Positions 1 through 14,519 of a stretch of DNA of 64,000 bases are shown one piece after another. Under the pieces are notes generated by a model that had not been told where the DNA came from, did no database searches, and saw only the letters and a list, made by a program, of their open reading frames with translations. The stretch is from positions 81,964,001-82,028,000 of the forward strand of contig OX597827.1 of the NCBI GenBank assembly GCA_951406725.2. Direction: 5' to 3'. The translations under genes were made by a program, and so were the position numbers. The stretch is from Octopus vulgaris. Its lineage: Eukaryota. Numbering within the stretch: the first letter of the stretch is position 1; the number at the start of each line of letters is the position of its first letter.

Positions 1-2114
1 TATTAAATAATTATTTTTAATTAGCTAATTAATGTTTATTTTATAAATATATAACACCAACTGAACCACTTGTAGGTTTAGTGTGACGGGTTTTTTAAAT
101 TGGGCAGTAGTGATCCAAAAGGTTCGGGGTCAATACCACGTGGGAGAAAAAAAAAACTGCTGTTGTTGTTCCTTATTCTGTTTCTAATTGTAGTTATCTG
201 CTGACATTTTTAATTACAAGCATTTTTTTAAAGAAAAAGAGAAGAAAAAAAAACACAAAACATTTATCTGCAATTCATACAACTAACTTGCTACCAAACT
301 CTGGATACTCTTTTATGTCAACTGTCATTGCCATACTCTTGGTTTTGCTTTTTTTTTATACCATTTATCTCATGAATGGCAACCTCAGCTCCTATGACAT
401 CACATCGTTACAGCTGATTGCTCCATACATACATACATACATACATACATATGTATATTTGTACACACACACACACAGACACACACACACACACACACAC
501 ATACACACTACAATCTGTGGTCAACACAAATTGTGTCTGTCCATGGCCCCTTGTTAAAGTGGAATCGTCAGAGTTCCTTTAGTGGTCCCTAGTAATATGG
601 TTCTGCTTGACCAGAGCTGACCAATGGTGATTAGCAACAAATCAGTCAGGGAGCTCCAATATAGTTAATGGACACGATAGGAATAGTAGCCTTCTTTCTA
701 TCAAATCAAATGTAAATGTCTTAAAGCAGCAGCCACAGGAAATGGTCGTGGTTGGAATGTCTTTGTAAATAAGTTTAATCAGTGCTGACCTGGGGCCAAA
801 CAACAATAATAGCTCCACTTGCTGCTTTTTCACTTTTGGGTCCCAAGCAAAGAACAAACATTTGAGTGGAAGTACATACTCCATAAGCTTTATAGAAGTA
901 TCCAAAATTGGAGTGGAGTGTAAGTGCACACTCCACTGTCCTACTCTAATAACAAACATTGGAGTGAGTGGAGGAGGACACTCTGCAGTTGTGTACGATT
1001 ACCTCATACTATGTGACCAGTTAAGAACCCCATCATCTCCATCATCATCATTATCACTATTATCATTGTCATCATCATCACCATCATTATTGCAATTATC
1101 ATTATCATCGTTAACACAGTCATTGCATCGTCATTGTCATCATCGTCATCATCTTCATTTACTTCTTTTGTTGATTCTTCTATTAGAACCCGCATTTGTA
1201 AATGTGTCTTGCCATTTGGCTTTCATCTTTGACCTAACTCTATGGTTCAAAAGTGCATCATTGTTGCTGGTATTTTCTGTTTGTGCATCTGATGCACTCT
1301 TTCTATTTGTCCCGTTGCACCTTCTGCATAACCAATTCCATCAGCGTTCAGAAGTTCTCCTTGTCTTCCAACCCTGAATCCCAAAGTAGTTGTGTCCCCT
1401 ACAACAATGAACTGAATCTAGCTAGAAATGCTGCCCCCTTAATCACCCCTCTGCATTATATTCTGAACCTCCATGTGGTTGTGGTCAGTATTAGGATGAA
1501 GAAAAAGGGGGCAATTAATTGTCCCTCTATTAAATTCCATACTGACTCTTGTTAACCTTTGTCCTCCTGATTGTAACTGCTTCCCATCCAATGACCCTTC
1601 ATCTACATCAAGTATTCTTGTTGTTTTACATTGTTAAAGGACCAGGTCAAAGGTCACTTCTATGCTGAATGTTTTTAATTCCTAATTTCTATAAATGTTC
1701 CACCAAATATATAATATTCCCATCAACATACAGTAATATAACCGACTTTCTGTGATATTGAACCCACTTCTGCCGTCCACTATTATTTTCCCGCTTTAAA
1801 TACCTTTATTGTTTAATCTTGTGATTTGGGTCCAGTATTTGCCCCACCCCACCCCCACCAGTTGGTACCTGCTTTGTACTAATCAGTTCTACAAACACCT
1901 TCTGGAACAAGCTGTTATTATTATTATTATTTGGTTTAGATAGAGAAGGCAGGAACTGCCCGAGAGCATATGTATGGCCTCAGAGCATGATGGGCAAGGG
2001 TGGATAGGAACTTACCTCAAACTGGACACCTGACCCAAATGCTGGCACACACTCTGCTAGAAGGCCATCGGGCGGGGTATTAAACCACCCAAGAAAAGGA
2101 ATAATTCTCTTGGT

Positions 2115-2258
2115 TGGCTTCTACACAGTTTTCACTGACCAAATTCCACACAAGATTTTGGTTGATGCAAGGCTATGAAAGAAGATACTTGTTTAAGGTG
2201 CCCCTCAGTGGGACTGAACTTAAAACCCCATTGTTATGGTGTGAAACTTCTTCACCAG
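2115..2258 (-). mobile_element. SINE family C fragment (tRNA-like head)
   Basis: Diverged match to the fuller copy at 42235-42390 (ggcttctacacagttttc...caaattccacacaag...gaagatacttg...aaggtgcc...cagtgggactgaac). Confidence 0.65.
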
Positions 2259-2865
2259 TGAAAGGAATATTATTGTATGTCAGTCAAACTGTCTTCATAC
2301 TTTCCTCATTTCTTGTTATCGTTAAAGTTGATCAATCATTAATCACATCACTCATTATTTTCCATTATCTCCCTGCCTAATTAATACACATTGTTGTGAA
2401 ACTCCTCATAGTAACACCCTCACATTGACCATTTCCCCTTACTCCACCAATGTTCTTCCAGAGAAATGACTCCTTAGTCCCACTCTGTCCCTGGCATAGT
2501 GTTTAGTCCCCCAACTATCCCATAATATATAACATTAGCAAACATTATCATTCCCGTTTCCTTCCAAGTAAACTTAATCCCAGTTTCTGACCCCTTAGCC
2601 ATGTGTTGCTCCTCATCCATACCAACACCCAGCTGAAATTTATCAAATATTTATCTACAAGATGTTAGATTTAGTCCCTTCTTACCTAATTCCTTCCAAT
2701 TTTTATTCCTTGTTCTGAAACTACCACCTTTGTCGTCCACTAGAAGTGGCTGCTGTAGCCTGATCCAGCCAATAGTCAACGCTTTGTCACAGTTTGTCCC
2801 CTAGAAATATCAAGTTGTCCCTCACATAACACAACTTTATTTCTTTGCTATTCCTTAGCATTAGA

Positions 2866-3075
2866 ATGGCTTGGCTGAAATTGTTAGAACATCAAATAAA
2901 GTGCTCTGTGGTATTTTGTTTTGGCCCCTTATGTTCCAAGTTCAAATCCTGCTGAGGTCTATTTGGACATTCCTCCTTCCCAGCAGCTTGATTTATAAAA
3001 TACCAGTCATGTAATGATCTTCATTTAATCCACCCTCCCCATTAAAATGTCAAGCCTTGTGCCTATAGTAGAAAT
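2866..3075 (+). mobile_element. SINE family B (tRNA-derived) copy
   Basis: Aligns by eye with the copies at 39913, 56621 and 62883; B-box-like GTTCAAATCC; tail aaaatgtcaagccttgtgcctatagtagaaa. Confidence 0.75.
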
Positions 3076-3479
3076 CAGTATGTAATATACATGTTATCAC
3101 ACTCAGAAATATCTATTACAAATGTTATCAAACTCAAAAGTATCTAATATCTTCTGGACCACATTTTTTTCTACAGCAGAACAAAGACTGAAACCCATAT
3201 TTAGAAACAGTCACACAAACCCCTCCCTTGTCTTGACTGAAAAATAACTGAAATAAAATCTTTAATGTCACTACCAATGCTAGTCCTTGTGATTCTTTTA
3301 TATTTCCTTATGGCTGTTACCCCCTTATAACATTAGCAGAAACACATCCCAAACAATAACCTCTTCCAGTATATATGTATATATTTCATCACTACTTGAT
3401 ATTTATTTTCTCCCTGAAAAAAAACAAAACAAAAAAAAAACATCGCTCCCCCCCCACTCCCCAGTAGTTTGCATTTCTT

Positions 3480-3860
3480 TCCTTCTTCTTGCCATTCAAT
3501 CTCTTCCAAAGTTTCACTAATTTCTCTTACTTTCTGCTGACACAAACTACCATCTGTATCCTCAAATACTACAGTTCTATTCTATGTCTCCACACACAAT
3601 TCCACAATCAATGGCTGGGCAAGGTTCCAAGCATAGAAGTGCTCCTCCCATAGCTGGAATTCGTCAATACTTTGTTGCCAAAGAACCAACTTAGTTGGAC
3701 TAACGACGTCATCTGGATGCACAATATGTCACAGCAAAATAATTCCATTGTGAAGAACTCGATGCAAAGAAGAGGAAGGCGAGTTATGGCCAGAAGAAAC
3801 ACAGAAGAAGGATAGGCTTTTGCAACAGTGAAAGACAAAATCCTAAGAACTGCTTGATCA
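3480..3860 (+). pseudogene. Decayed RTE-clade LINE ORF, C-terminal fragment
   Basis: Frameshifted translation WLGKVPSIEVL...NTLLPKNQLSWTNDVIWM...EELDAKKRK..YGQKKH resembles the RTE pattern W.DKV.N.EVL...QLRWAGHV.RM...GEL..GKR..GGQKKR. Confidence 0.6.
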
Positions 3861-5904
3861 CAATGGTCCCCTATTGTGCATCCCTAATCAATTGTAAAGA
3901 TGTAAAATCTTCACAAGAGACATGCCTTCAGGCAGCAGAAAGTAAATGTGTATTTCACAGAGTCTAATTAACCAAAACCTCAAATGAAACCATCAGTCAC
4001 ATGTGATCATTATGTCTGGGCCAGAATTGATCTCATTAGACATCTGCAAACATGAAAGCCAATCAAAGTTGTGGAGTTCATCCATCATCAATGAATTGAG
4101 GCACATCCCAGAGAACAGGTTGCTTCTTCAGTGTCAGAAATTGCTTCAGATATTGAACAACTACTGGTCACTTACTTGGCTACCTATTAACCACTGACTG
4201 ACCATTTAGTGACCACCTACTGGTCATTTACTAGCCATTTGCTGGCCACTTTCTGATCCTTTACAAACTCAACTAAGACCCACAATGCCATGCTAGTAAC
4301 CTATATAGGATGGTGCTGTGACTTTGACTACCAACAGAAATCAGGGCATGTAGGAGCCTCTACAATCTCCACATAGCAGCTGTTGGATCAATTAATATTA
4401 TTCTCTGATTACTCTCTCTCCTGTCGACAAAGGGAAGTGACACACTGGCCAATGTAGTTGGAGATATGCTAAGTAGCTAGAAAAGAGCAGGGACAACCAT
4501 AACTGGAAGTCTTTTATCCAAAGTTTGGCTCAGTCAGGGCTAATCTGCCTTTAAACAACTCTTGCTACCAAACGTCCTCACCTGTCTCCCCTGTTTGCTC
4601 GTCCCCATCTCCTTGACAGTCCTGCTCTTAATTCATTGTCTGCACCACTCACATCCCAAATTAAATAATGAACCAATCCTTTCTGCCCGTTACTAAGACT
4701 TTTTTGGAAGTCCCTTCCTACCCCAGGATATTTTTAACATACACTAAACTTCAGAAGTTCAAACTAAATATATATCACATCAACCTCACTGGCGATCTTG
4801 TGTGCAAGCATGTATGATTGTGTGTGTAAGTGCGTTTGCGTGTATGAATGCATGTGTGTGTGTGTATGAGAGGTTGTTCTGAGTGCTACTGTCGTTAACA
4901 ATTTGAGTCAGATGATGAGGGGTGGTCAGCAACCAAACTGGCACTCCCCCACCCCGTCCCAATCACCCAGCTGCCAGAGTGGCTGGGTGAAGGGAATTAC
5001 TAGAAACAAACCCAATAGAGCAAAAAAACAAGGCGGGGCCCTTCAAAAGGATAAGCGACTCCAGTCTAGGGTCAGCATTGATCTAGCAAAAGATTTGTGA
5101 TGGTGAGCAAGTGTAGAGTTGCATTACTTTTGGAGGTGATGGTCATCTCATTGTTGTCAGAACATTTATCTAGGTGAGGGGTAAAAAGGGAGCAAGCTAT
5201 GTGCACTGCCCTGTTGCTTTGTGGGTGGGTCTAGGACGAAAGGGTGAAAGGATAACCCTCTGATGGAGAAACAAGCTGTGAGCATCAGCTTTCTTTTCTA
5301 AAAGACTGGATTTGCAGTCTTGAAGCTGGGTGGAGGGGTAGCAGTTGTCTTGTGTCAACCTTGTCACTGGGTCTAGCTCCTTTACAGGGATCATAGTGAC
5401 ACTGGGGGTAAGGGGGACATCTACCCTTTATATTCCAATGAAGCTTCCTTATATGGATGTGTCCTCCTGCGGTGTGGATCAAGGGTGTTGGATCTCAGTA
5501 GTGTTGGTTGTTGTTGTGGCCATTGGGTATCACACACACACGCACACACACACACATGTCTGTGACAATGAAATATTGTTACTTCTAGAGTTTTCTCTCA
5601 GTAGAGGGTACCCAGTAGAGGGTAGCAGTCAGCTTTCTCCAGTCACTCGTGTGACTCCATTGGTGTTGCTCATCAAAGGATACCCATTAGAAGATACAAT
5701 GGACAACTACAAACATGTCCATCTGTATGTGACATGGTTGTCAACTGATCATGCTTCATACCTCAATATATTTCTGTATTAAATTAGTATTAAATTACAA
5801 TTACCCATACACAAAGAGAGACATATGCAATTGTATATGTGTGTATGTATATATGTATACACACAGATATGTAGATATATATATCATATACATACACGTA
5901 TGCA

Positions 5905-6378
5905 TACACCTGGGTATATCAAACATTGTACAGACATCTGTTTCTGTATTTTATTGAAACAAAAACAGGCAAAGAACCAATTCCATCCTTCTGCAACATC
6001 GTCTTTTGGTTTTCCGGTGCAGTTCTTCCAGCAATTCCCAAGCTGGCAGATTCCATCAGGGGAAAAGGGTTATGGCTGATTGTTGTGCTGCCATCTATGC
6101 ACTGCTTCTTACACTTCTTCATCCACAGCAAATTAACAATCTTGTAAAGGATGTTTGAGTAGCCCAAAGAGGTGATGGTCAGAAGGGTTGAAGTCTGGAT
6201 TGCCCTCAGGGTGTTCCAGCAACTTGAAACTCCATTTTCCAATGGTTTCAGCAGTGTGTGTGGCCGTATGTGGGTGCACATTGTTGTGCAATAATACCAC
6301 GTGCTTTGACAACAGACCTCAGCATTTGGTGCAAATTGCTCATTTCAGTTTGAAGGCCTGCATTTCACTGTAGCCCAC
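5905..6378 (-). pseudogene. Mariner transposase pseudogene, 3' part
   Basis: Minus-strand translation with stops: GLLSKHVVLLHNNVHPHTA...LLEHPEGNPDFNPSDHHLFGLLK...DEEV*EAVHRW...DGICQLGNCWKNC...DDVAE. This corresponds to mariner LLHDNARPH / HPPYSPDLAPSDYHLF / RW.KC....GDYVEK. Confidence 0.85.
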
Positions 6379-6777
6379 TCTGTATATATACACATGCATA
6401 TATATATGTGTGTGTGTGTGCAAGTGTATGTGTTATATATGTAGCATATATATAAAGTAAGATAGGGGTTATGGGTGTAACCCAGTGTGGGATAGCATTT
6501 ATCCAATATACTGTTGGTAAAGTACCCAGATTCTTAATACATAAATGCTTTTAATTACAATGCAATTAACTCATTTATTGTATTAAACGGGTGAAGGTAA
6601 AGAAATATTTTTACTGTAAACTTATGTGTGTATGTCTCTGGTCATACCCAACTGTTGTGAGCGAAACAGGAAGGAAACAGTGGGGAAGCCCTCTGGAGGG
6701 ACTCTACTTGCAATTGAAAGGGTTAAATTTGTGACACTCTGTGTCATTGATCCTGTCAGAAGATTACATTCAGAATA

Positions 6778-6824
<47 letters not shown>

Positions 6825-7399
6825 CTGTGGAATACTCGACCATTTACAGCACAATGAGTTAGTCAAAGGGCCTGATTATTTATTGATGAAAGTAACAAAG
6901 ATCTATTTTCTGAAACTTGTGTGTGTGTGTATATGTGAGTGTATGTAGGTGAAACGGTATTTGTACAAGGTTCTGCTGATGTATTCTTTAGTGAGGTATG
7001 TTTATGGCATGGCCCATGGTGTGATATATAATGATATGACATGATATCATGCAGTATGGTATGGTATGGCATGGTATGCTATTGTATGCTGTAGCACAAT
7101 ACACTCTGCTGTGATTATAATACCCCATGTTAGATTATGATATAGTGTACCATGGGGTACCATGGAGTACCATGGGGTAGTTTGGAGTTTTCTTCACTTG
7201 AAAACAGTTTTTTCAATGGAGGACTTCTTAACTTTTTTCTCTTTTTTTTCAGCTTCCAACAAGGACTTCGAAAAAATAAGGCTCTGTCTGCAACCCTGTT
7301 TAACAAATCCCCATCAGAAATGACAAAATACCCTGACATTCAACGATAAATCCTAACATGGCCACCCACCATTATTCATTCACACATCTCCCTATTTTT

Positions 7400-7960
7400 T
7401 TTAATCCCAAACCATTGGGGATATGCATTATTATATAATGAACCTTCATGAGGGGCTTTTATTAGAGACCCTTGGGGACATAAGTGTTTAATATATTTAC
7501 CCCATAGGAACACAGAAGTTGTTTAAGAACAAAACCTTGGGAACATAACTTGTTTTAAACCAGACCCTTCAGGATATAATCTGAGTTGTTAGACAGCAAA
7601 CCAATGGGACCATAGGCTGTTTTAAAATAATTAACCCCTAGTGACATAATTTGTTTTACAGCAAACCCTGTGAAGCATTTGTTTTAATATTATTAAAGGG
7701 ACATGAATTGTTTTAAATAAACCCTCGGGAATATAAATTGTTTTATAATATATCCTTGAGAAGATAAGTTGTTTTGCAAAGAACTGAGTAAGTCTATATT
7801 GTTTTAATGTTCCTTGGGTAGACCCCCCCCCCCAGGGGGAAAACAACAAATTGTTTTTCATGGGAAAATTGTTTTATTTACCATAAACCTTTCATATTAG
7901 AGACCCTTGCCAACTGAGGTGTTTTGTTTTTTAAACTTCAAATTCATTGGGCTTACAGGG
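7400..7960. repeat. Old degenerate minisatellite, ~31-34 bp unit
   Basis: Recurrent aaaccctNgggaacataaNttgttttaaa-like unit with high divergence. Confidence 0.6.
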
Positions 7961-8212
7961 TGTTTATTTTGTTCCAATGAAACTGTGGCAAAATGCAAGC
8001 TTCCTTACCCACCCTTTATACCCATACTGTCATGTAAGCTTCCTACATACCCCAAAAACCTCTTTGGCAACCCCACACCCTGCTGAACTTTTGTTAACAA
8101 AAAGCTCAATGTTTCTTCTTTGAGACCCTGTACACATCATTACAAGTCACACTTGACTGATTGCTAACAGTCATGCCTGACCAAACAGTTATCACTCATG
8201 TGATATTGTTGC

Positions 8213-8267
<55 letters not shown>

Positions 8268-9848
8268 ACTGTTGATGTTGTTATTTCTGTTGCTGTTGTC
8301 TAATATGCCATTTCATTTCCTGCCCTTATTAAACAAGACCAACATAGTGCAGAAGAATTCTATCATTATTTAAGTCTAGCTTTCAAGGTTTCAAATTCCA
8401 TGGTTTCCATTCTTTTATATATTGTCATGTAAAGAAAGAAACACACATATTAAAAAAAAAAAGAAAATTAAACGAAAATACAAAAAAAAATATTAATAAT
8501 ACTAATAATAAATCCCAAAAATAAATTTTAAAAGAAGACATTTTTCCCAAAGTGTGATCCTTTAGAAGGTGACACCTTGGTGACCGTAGGCAGAATCCAC
8601 CTGAACACTAGTGGGTTTCTCTAGTAAGGTTTAGTCTATAGCAATAAGTCCCAAGACTTCTCTTTTTTATACATCCACCCCTTTTCATTCATCTACCCCT
8701 TTCATTCATATATTCATCTCTACCCCCCACCCCCCGTTACTTCCTCTTTCATCTTCCTGTCTCCTCCCCCCCACATCGCACACTCACTACGCATCCCCCT
8801 CTTTTTTCTTTTTTAACCTGCCTGTTCCTCCTCCTCTTCCTACACCTCCTACTCTTTCTCCTCATCCTCCTCCCCCCACTTACATACATCCAGATCCACA
8901 CACACACACACACATCCACACATGTTGTTTTCGTTATTTCTTTGTTGTATTTTTTCTTTTTTTTGTTGTTCTTGTGGTTTTTGTGTCCAGAAACCATGAC
9001 AAAACCCTCCCCCCCACCACATTTGGACACCAAAACAACATTTTGTTTTTCCCTTTGTTTTCTCTATTATTTTTTACAGCGGTGGTGGTGGTGGTGTTGG
9101 TGTTGGTAGTAGTGGTGGTGTTGGTGGTGGTGGTGGTAGTGGTGGTGGTGGTTGTGGTCATGGCGACGGTGGCAAGTCGAGGGTGTAGGGTTAGTGTTGG
9201 TAGTAGTGTTGGTGGTGGTGTTGTTGTTGTTGTTGTTGTTGCTTAATCACTGGTCATCAGCTTTGGCAACAGCACTTCTGTGTGGGCAATACATCAATCT
9301 GCTGGAAATGGCAGTTAAATTGTCCTCAAATCACACCCCATTGTTTTGAAAGGAGAAAGACACATCACCTACAATGTTGTCTTGGTTGGCAGTGGTAGTC
9401 ATGATTGGAGTGTCTTTGATCATATATCTTGCTGGATCAGAGCAATGGTGGTTGTGTGAGTGGTGGTGCTGGTGGCGACAGCAGCCTGTACTGGTGCCGG
9501 AGCTGGGTAGGGGTGGAAACGAAGGATCCGGTCAAGCAAGCCAGAGGCCAGGTGTGTTTTCATACTGAAGTCACTGCCTTGACCCCTTGGCTGCCAGAAT
9601 AGTGATAGTGGGGCAGGGTGGGGGGTGATGGAAAGTGTGTGCGTGCGTGCGTGTGTGTGTGTTTGAGGAAATGAATTAACACCACAACAGCAACAACCAA
9701 CACTCCTACACGCACACACAGTAGAAAAGAAGAAGAAAGAGAACAAGAACAACAGCAAGAAGAAGAAGGGGCCAACAGTTATTTTGGTTTTTTTTTTCAT
9801 GTTTTTCCCTCAAGCCCTTCCCCATCCTCATCCCAATCATTCCCTTCC

Positions 9849-9884
<36 letters not shown>

Positions 9885-10354
9885 CATTTCATGCTTCTTT
9901 CGTCTCTCAATTTCATTTCTCTCGCTTTCTCTACACTCTCTCTACCACATGTTATACATCTCTCTCTTTCTCTTTCTCTCTCTCTCACCCAGTCATAAAC
10001 ATCATTCTCTATCAATGCTCACTTCTCTCTCTCTCTCTCTCTCTCTCTGTCAATATTGATCTCTCTCCTTTGCCACTTCTCTCTGTTCAGTCTTTCTAAG
10101 CCTCCTACTCCATTCATCTCTCTCTCTCTCTCTCTCTCTCACATGTATGCCTCCGTCTTTCCAGTGACACGACTCCATTGAACCGTTCCTGGAAAGATGG
10201 ACATTTCCATAAACAATAACAAAATCTACAAGGAATACAGGATGAGTTGGGAGTGGAATTGGTGCCGAGCTGACAGCTGGGTGCGCACGTGTGTGAACGG
10301 TGTGTGATGTGCGTGCACTGAGGGGCACTTACACAGCAGGACTCTTAAACTGAA

Positions 10355-10851
10355 TGCATATACACACACACATATGTCAATATGTATATATATGTGTGTG
10401 TATGTATGTATATATATATATATGTGTGTGTGTATATATGTGTATATGTGTGTGTGTGTGTGTGTATATGTGTCTGTATATATATGTGTGTGTATATATA
10501 TGTGTATGGATATATGTGTGTGTATATGTATATGTGTATATGTATATATGTGTGTATATATATATATATATGTATAAATATATATGTGCATATATATATA
10601 TATATGCATATATATATGTGTATATATATACACACATAATTATATACATTTATATACATATGTATATATACATACACATATAGATATATATTTATGTGTA
10701 TATATATATATTTTATATATATATATGTATATATATATTTATATACAAATATATATGTATGTATATATATACATATGTATATATACATATATTTATGTAT
10801 GTATATATGTGTGTGTATATATATATATATATGTATGTAGATATATATATG

Positions 10852-10897
<46 letters not shown>

Positions 10898-10900
10898 TAC
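10355..10900. repeat. Compound (TA)/(TG)/(CA) microsatellite
   Basis: Directly visible dinucleotide runs. Confidence 0.95.
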
Positions 10901-11394
10901 AATTGTCGCCATTGTGTCTTCAACAAATATTGTAGAGAATAAGTTGGATTTTTTCATTAAGTCAAGTGTGCCGCAATGTGTGGATGTGTGTAGTGATGTT
11001 GGTGTGTGTGTGTGTGTGGCTGGATGTAGGACTGCATGTGTATTTGAGTCACCGCCTCCAACCGTATGTGTATAGTGTAGCATGCCTTTGCCTGTATGTG
11101 TGTGTGTGTGTGTGTGTAGCTCTGTGCAACTGTCACACTATGTTACTGCTATGTGTGTGTGTGTGTTATTTATTTGTTTAACAGTTATTTTCATCTGTTA
11201 CTTTATCATTTTTGTTTTGGTTATTCTTTACGTTCATCATCATCATCATCATTGTGATCATCATCATTAATATTCCTGTTATTACAGTGGTAGAGAGGAT
11301 TATTATTATTATTATTATCATTATTATTATATCAGTTAAATTGTTCCTGCAAAGTAGTTCCATAGTGTGTAATGTTGACTGTCAATGTGATATG

Positions 11395-11395
11395 G

Positions 11396-11434
<39 letters not shown>

Positions 11435-11692
11435 TATATATACATACATACATGCATATATACATATACATACATGCATATATACATATACATACATGCA
11501 TATATACATATACATACATGCATATATGCATATACATACATGCATATATGCATATACATACATTCATATATACATATACATACATGCATATACATATACA
11601 TACATGCATATATACATATACATACATGCATATATACATATACATACATGCATATATATATACATGCATATATACATGTATATATACATACA

Positions 11693-11726
<34 letters not shown>

Positions 11727-11988
11727 CATATTCATACATATACATACATACACATGTATAAATATATATGTATATGTATAAATATATATATGTATATGTA
11801 TACATATATATATGTATATGTATAAATATACATATATATATGTGTGTGTATACATATATATATGTGTGTATGCATATATACATATAAATATGTGTGTATA
11901 CATATATACATATAAATATGTGTGTATACATATATATATGTGTGTGTGTATACATATATATATGTGTATATACATATATATATATATG
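11395..11988. repeat. Compound TA/CA satellite with tatacatacatgcata subunits
   Basis: Directly visible. Confidence 0.95.
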
Positions 11989-12375
11989 GATGGAAGCACT
12001 TCGTCGGTTACGACGATGAGGGTTCCGGTTGATCCGAATCAACGGAACAGCCTGCTCATGAAATTAACATGTAAGTGGCTGAGCACTCCACAGACACGTG
12101 TACCCTTAACGTAGTTCTCGGGGATATTCAGCGTGACACAGAGAGTGACAAGGCCGGCCCTTTGAAATACAGGTACAGCAGAAACAGGGAGTAAGAGTGA
12201 GAGAAAGTTGTGGTGAAAGAGTACAGCAGGGATCACCACCATCCCCTGCCAGAGCCTCGTGGAGCTTTCAGGTATTTTCACTCAATAAACACTCACAACG
12301 CCCGGTCTGGGAATCGAAACCGCGATCCTACGACCGTGAGTCCGCTGCCCTAACCACTGGGCCATTCCACCTCCA
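11989..12375 (-). mobile_element. SINE family A, full-length and young (tRNA-Arg-like head; resembles octopus OR-type SINEs)
   Basis: Minus strand begins ggaggtggaaTGGCCCAGTGGttagggcagcggactcacggtcgtaggatcgcggtTTCGATTCCc (A and B boxes). CpGs retained; close paralog at 39496-39858. Confidence 0.9.
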
Positions 12376-12964
12376 CATATATATACATATATATATATTG
12401 CGTGTGTGTACACATACATGCATGTATGTATAAATATTTAAGTATGCATATATATATAAATACCTATGTATATACATGTAATCTATATGCATGTGTGTAT
12501 ATATATATATATCTCCATATGTCATAACCGTCATCATCACCATGGCTGTGATGGTCAATATTAAGACACTTCAGCTGCAACTAACACCTAATCCCAAGCC
12601 ACGGCCACCACCACCACCACCACCATTTTGGATTGCTGGGTTGAAAGGTGGACGGGACGGTGTGGGACAACAGCAGCAGAAACAACTACAATTTAAAGGA
12701 GCAAAACAAGATACATCCTCAGCCCCCACCCCACCCCCCATAGCTGAACATCTTAAAAGTATAACAACTACAGTGGATGTGTGTGTGTGTGTAAGCAGAA
12801 AGTAGGTTCCAGGAGCAATAGAAGAATGCAACAGCCACCTCAATGTCAACAAGTTTCCCCACCCCTCTCCCCCACCCCGTCTTTGCTTATTTACTTCCTC
12901 CCACCCCTCCCCCACACCTGGTAAATGAGTTGGGAAATGCATCAGGTACGGTTTCATACAATTC

Positions 12965-13068
12965 AGACACACATGTAAATATATATGTATGTACAAATTT
13001 CTGGTGCATATATACATATATATATGTATATGTATATATATATATACATGATATACATTTATGCATAC

Positions 13069-13113
<45 letters not shown>

Positions 13114-13338
13114 TATACGTAAATATGTGTGTGTATGTATGCATAATGTAAATGGAATAAACTGTAAATCAATCAAAGCTTATACACACCCATTCACATA
13201 TATATATATATACATACATAGATAAATAGATATATATATATACATATATATAAATATATCTATATATATATATGTATATGTATAAATATGTATATGTATG
13301 TATATACACAAATACATGCATGCATGTACATATATATA

Positions 13339-13385
<47 letters not shown>

Positions 13386-13780
13386 CATATATACTCACAC
13401 ACATATGCATACATATATATATATATCTATCTATAAAATTTTTTTGTTTTCAATAAATAGATTTTGCATGAATTTCATTCTCAATATATATGATGAATAT
13501 TTTCATATAAATTTGTACACACACACATATATATCATGATCATCATCATCGTTTATATATGCATGTATACATATATATATATATATACATATCTATACAC
13601 ACACACATATATATACGTATCGTTATGTGTGTATGTGTGTATATATATATGTACATACATGTATACATATAGAAATATATATAATTATATATGTGTGTAT
13701 ATATATAAATATATATCTACACACACACACACACACATATATGTATATAGACATTTTGATATATACACACACATAGTTGA
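12965..13780. repeat. Compound TA/CA microsatellite field
   Basis: Directly visible. Confidence 0.9.
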
Positions 13781-14486
13781 ATAGACTGAGCTCATTTGCA
13801 AATAATGTCATGTTTTGAAGTGATGATGATAATGAAGATGGTGGTGGTGGTGGTGGAGGTGGTGGTGGTGGCTCTAATAATGGTTGTAGTGGTGATTCTG
13901 ATGATGATGTTGACGGTCGTGGTGGTGGTGGTGGTGGTGGTGGTGTTGGTGCCAGCAATTGCAGCAGTGGAGTTGGCTGCAGTCGTCGTGTTGTTGTACA
14001 CGACCCTCCCCAGTCACTGGCGCTCACGTGATAACAACATCCCCTCCTGCCACACCTCCAGCTCCCGCTGCCCACACACACACACACACACACGCTCGCA
14101 TGCACATGGAACAACATACAAGTCCCTTACCACCTCGCTCATCCACTGGACTGTACCAAACCCCTGCTGCTTGCACCGTAACCCCTGCATTCACCACCAC
14201 CACCACCACCACCACCACCACTACTACCAGGAACATCACTAATACCATCGTCATCAACATCATCCTCATCGTCGTCATCATCATCATCAACATACCATGC
14301 TCTCCACTTCTGCCCTACTTTCTCTCCCTCGCTTTCCCCCCCGCACCCTTACTCTCCATTAGATGTTGGCTAAAAATAGAACACCCTCCTTGCTCTCTTT
14401 ACCTTCTTCCACTCCTCCCTTTTATCTCCTTCCTCTTCCTTCCTTCATTCATTGATCTCTTCACATTTCTCTCTCTCTCTTTCTCT

Positions 14487-14519
<33 letters not shown>

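Noticed and set aside
8550-8640. Possible terminal exon (EKPTSVQVDSAYGHQGVTF*) or small hairpin resembling 61-82
   Set aside because: Weak acceptor, short stems and no homology; indistinguishable from chance.
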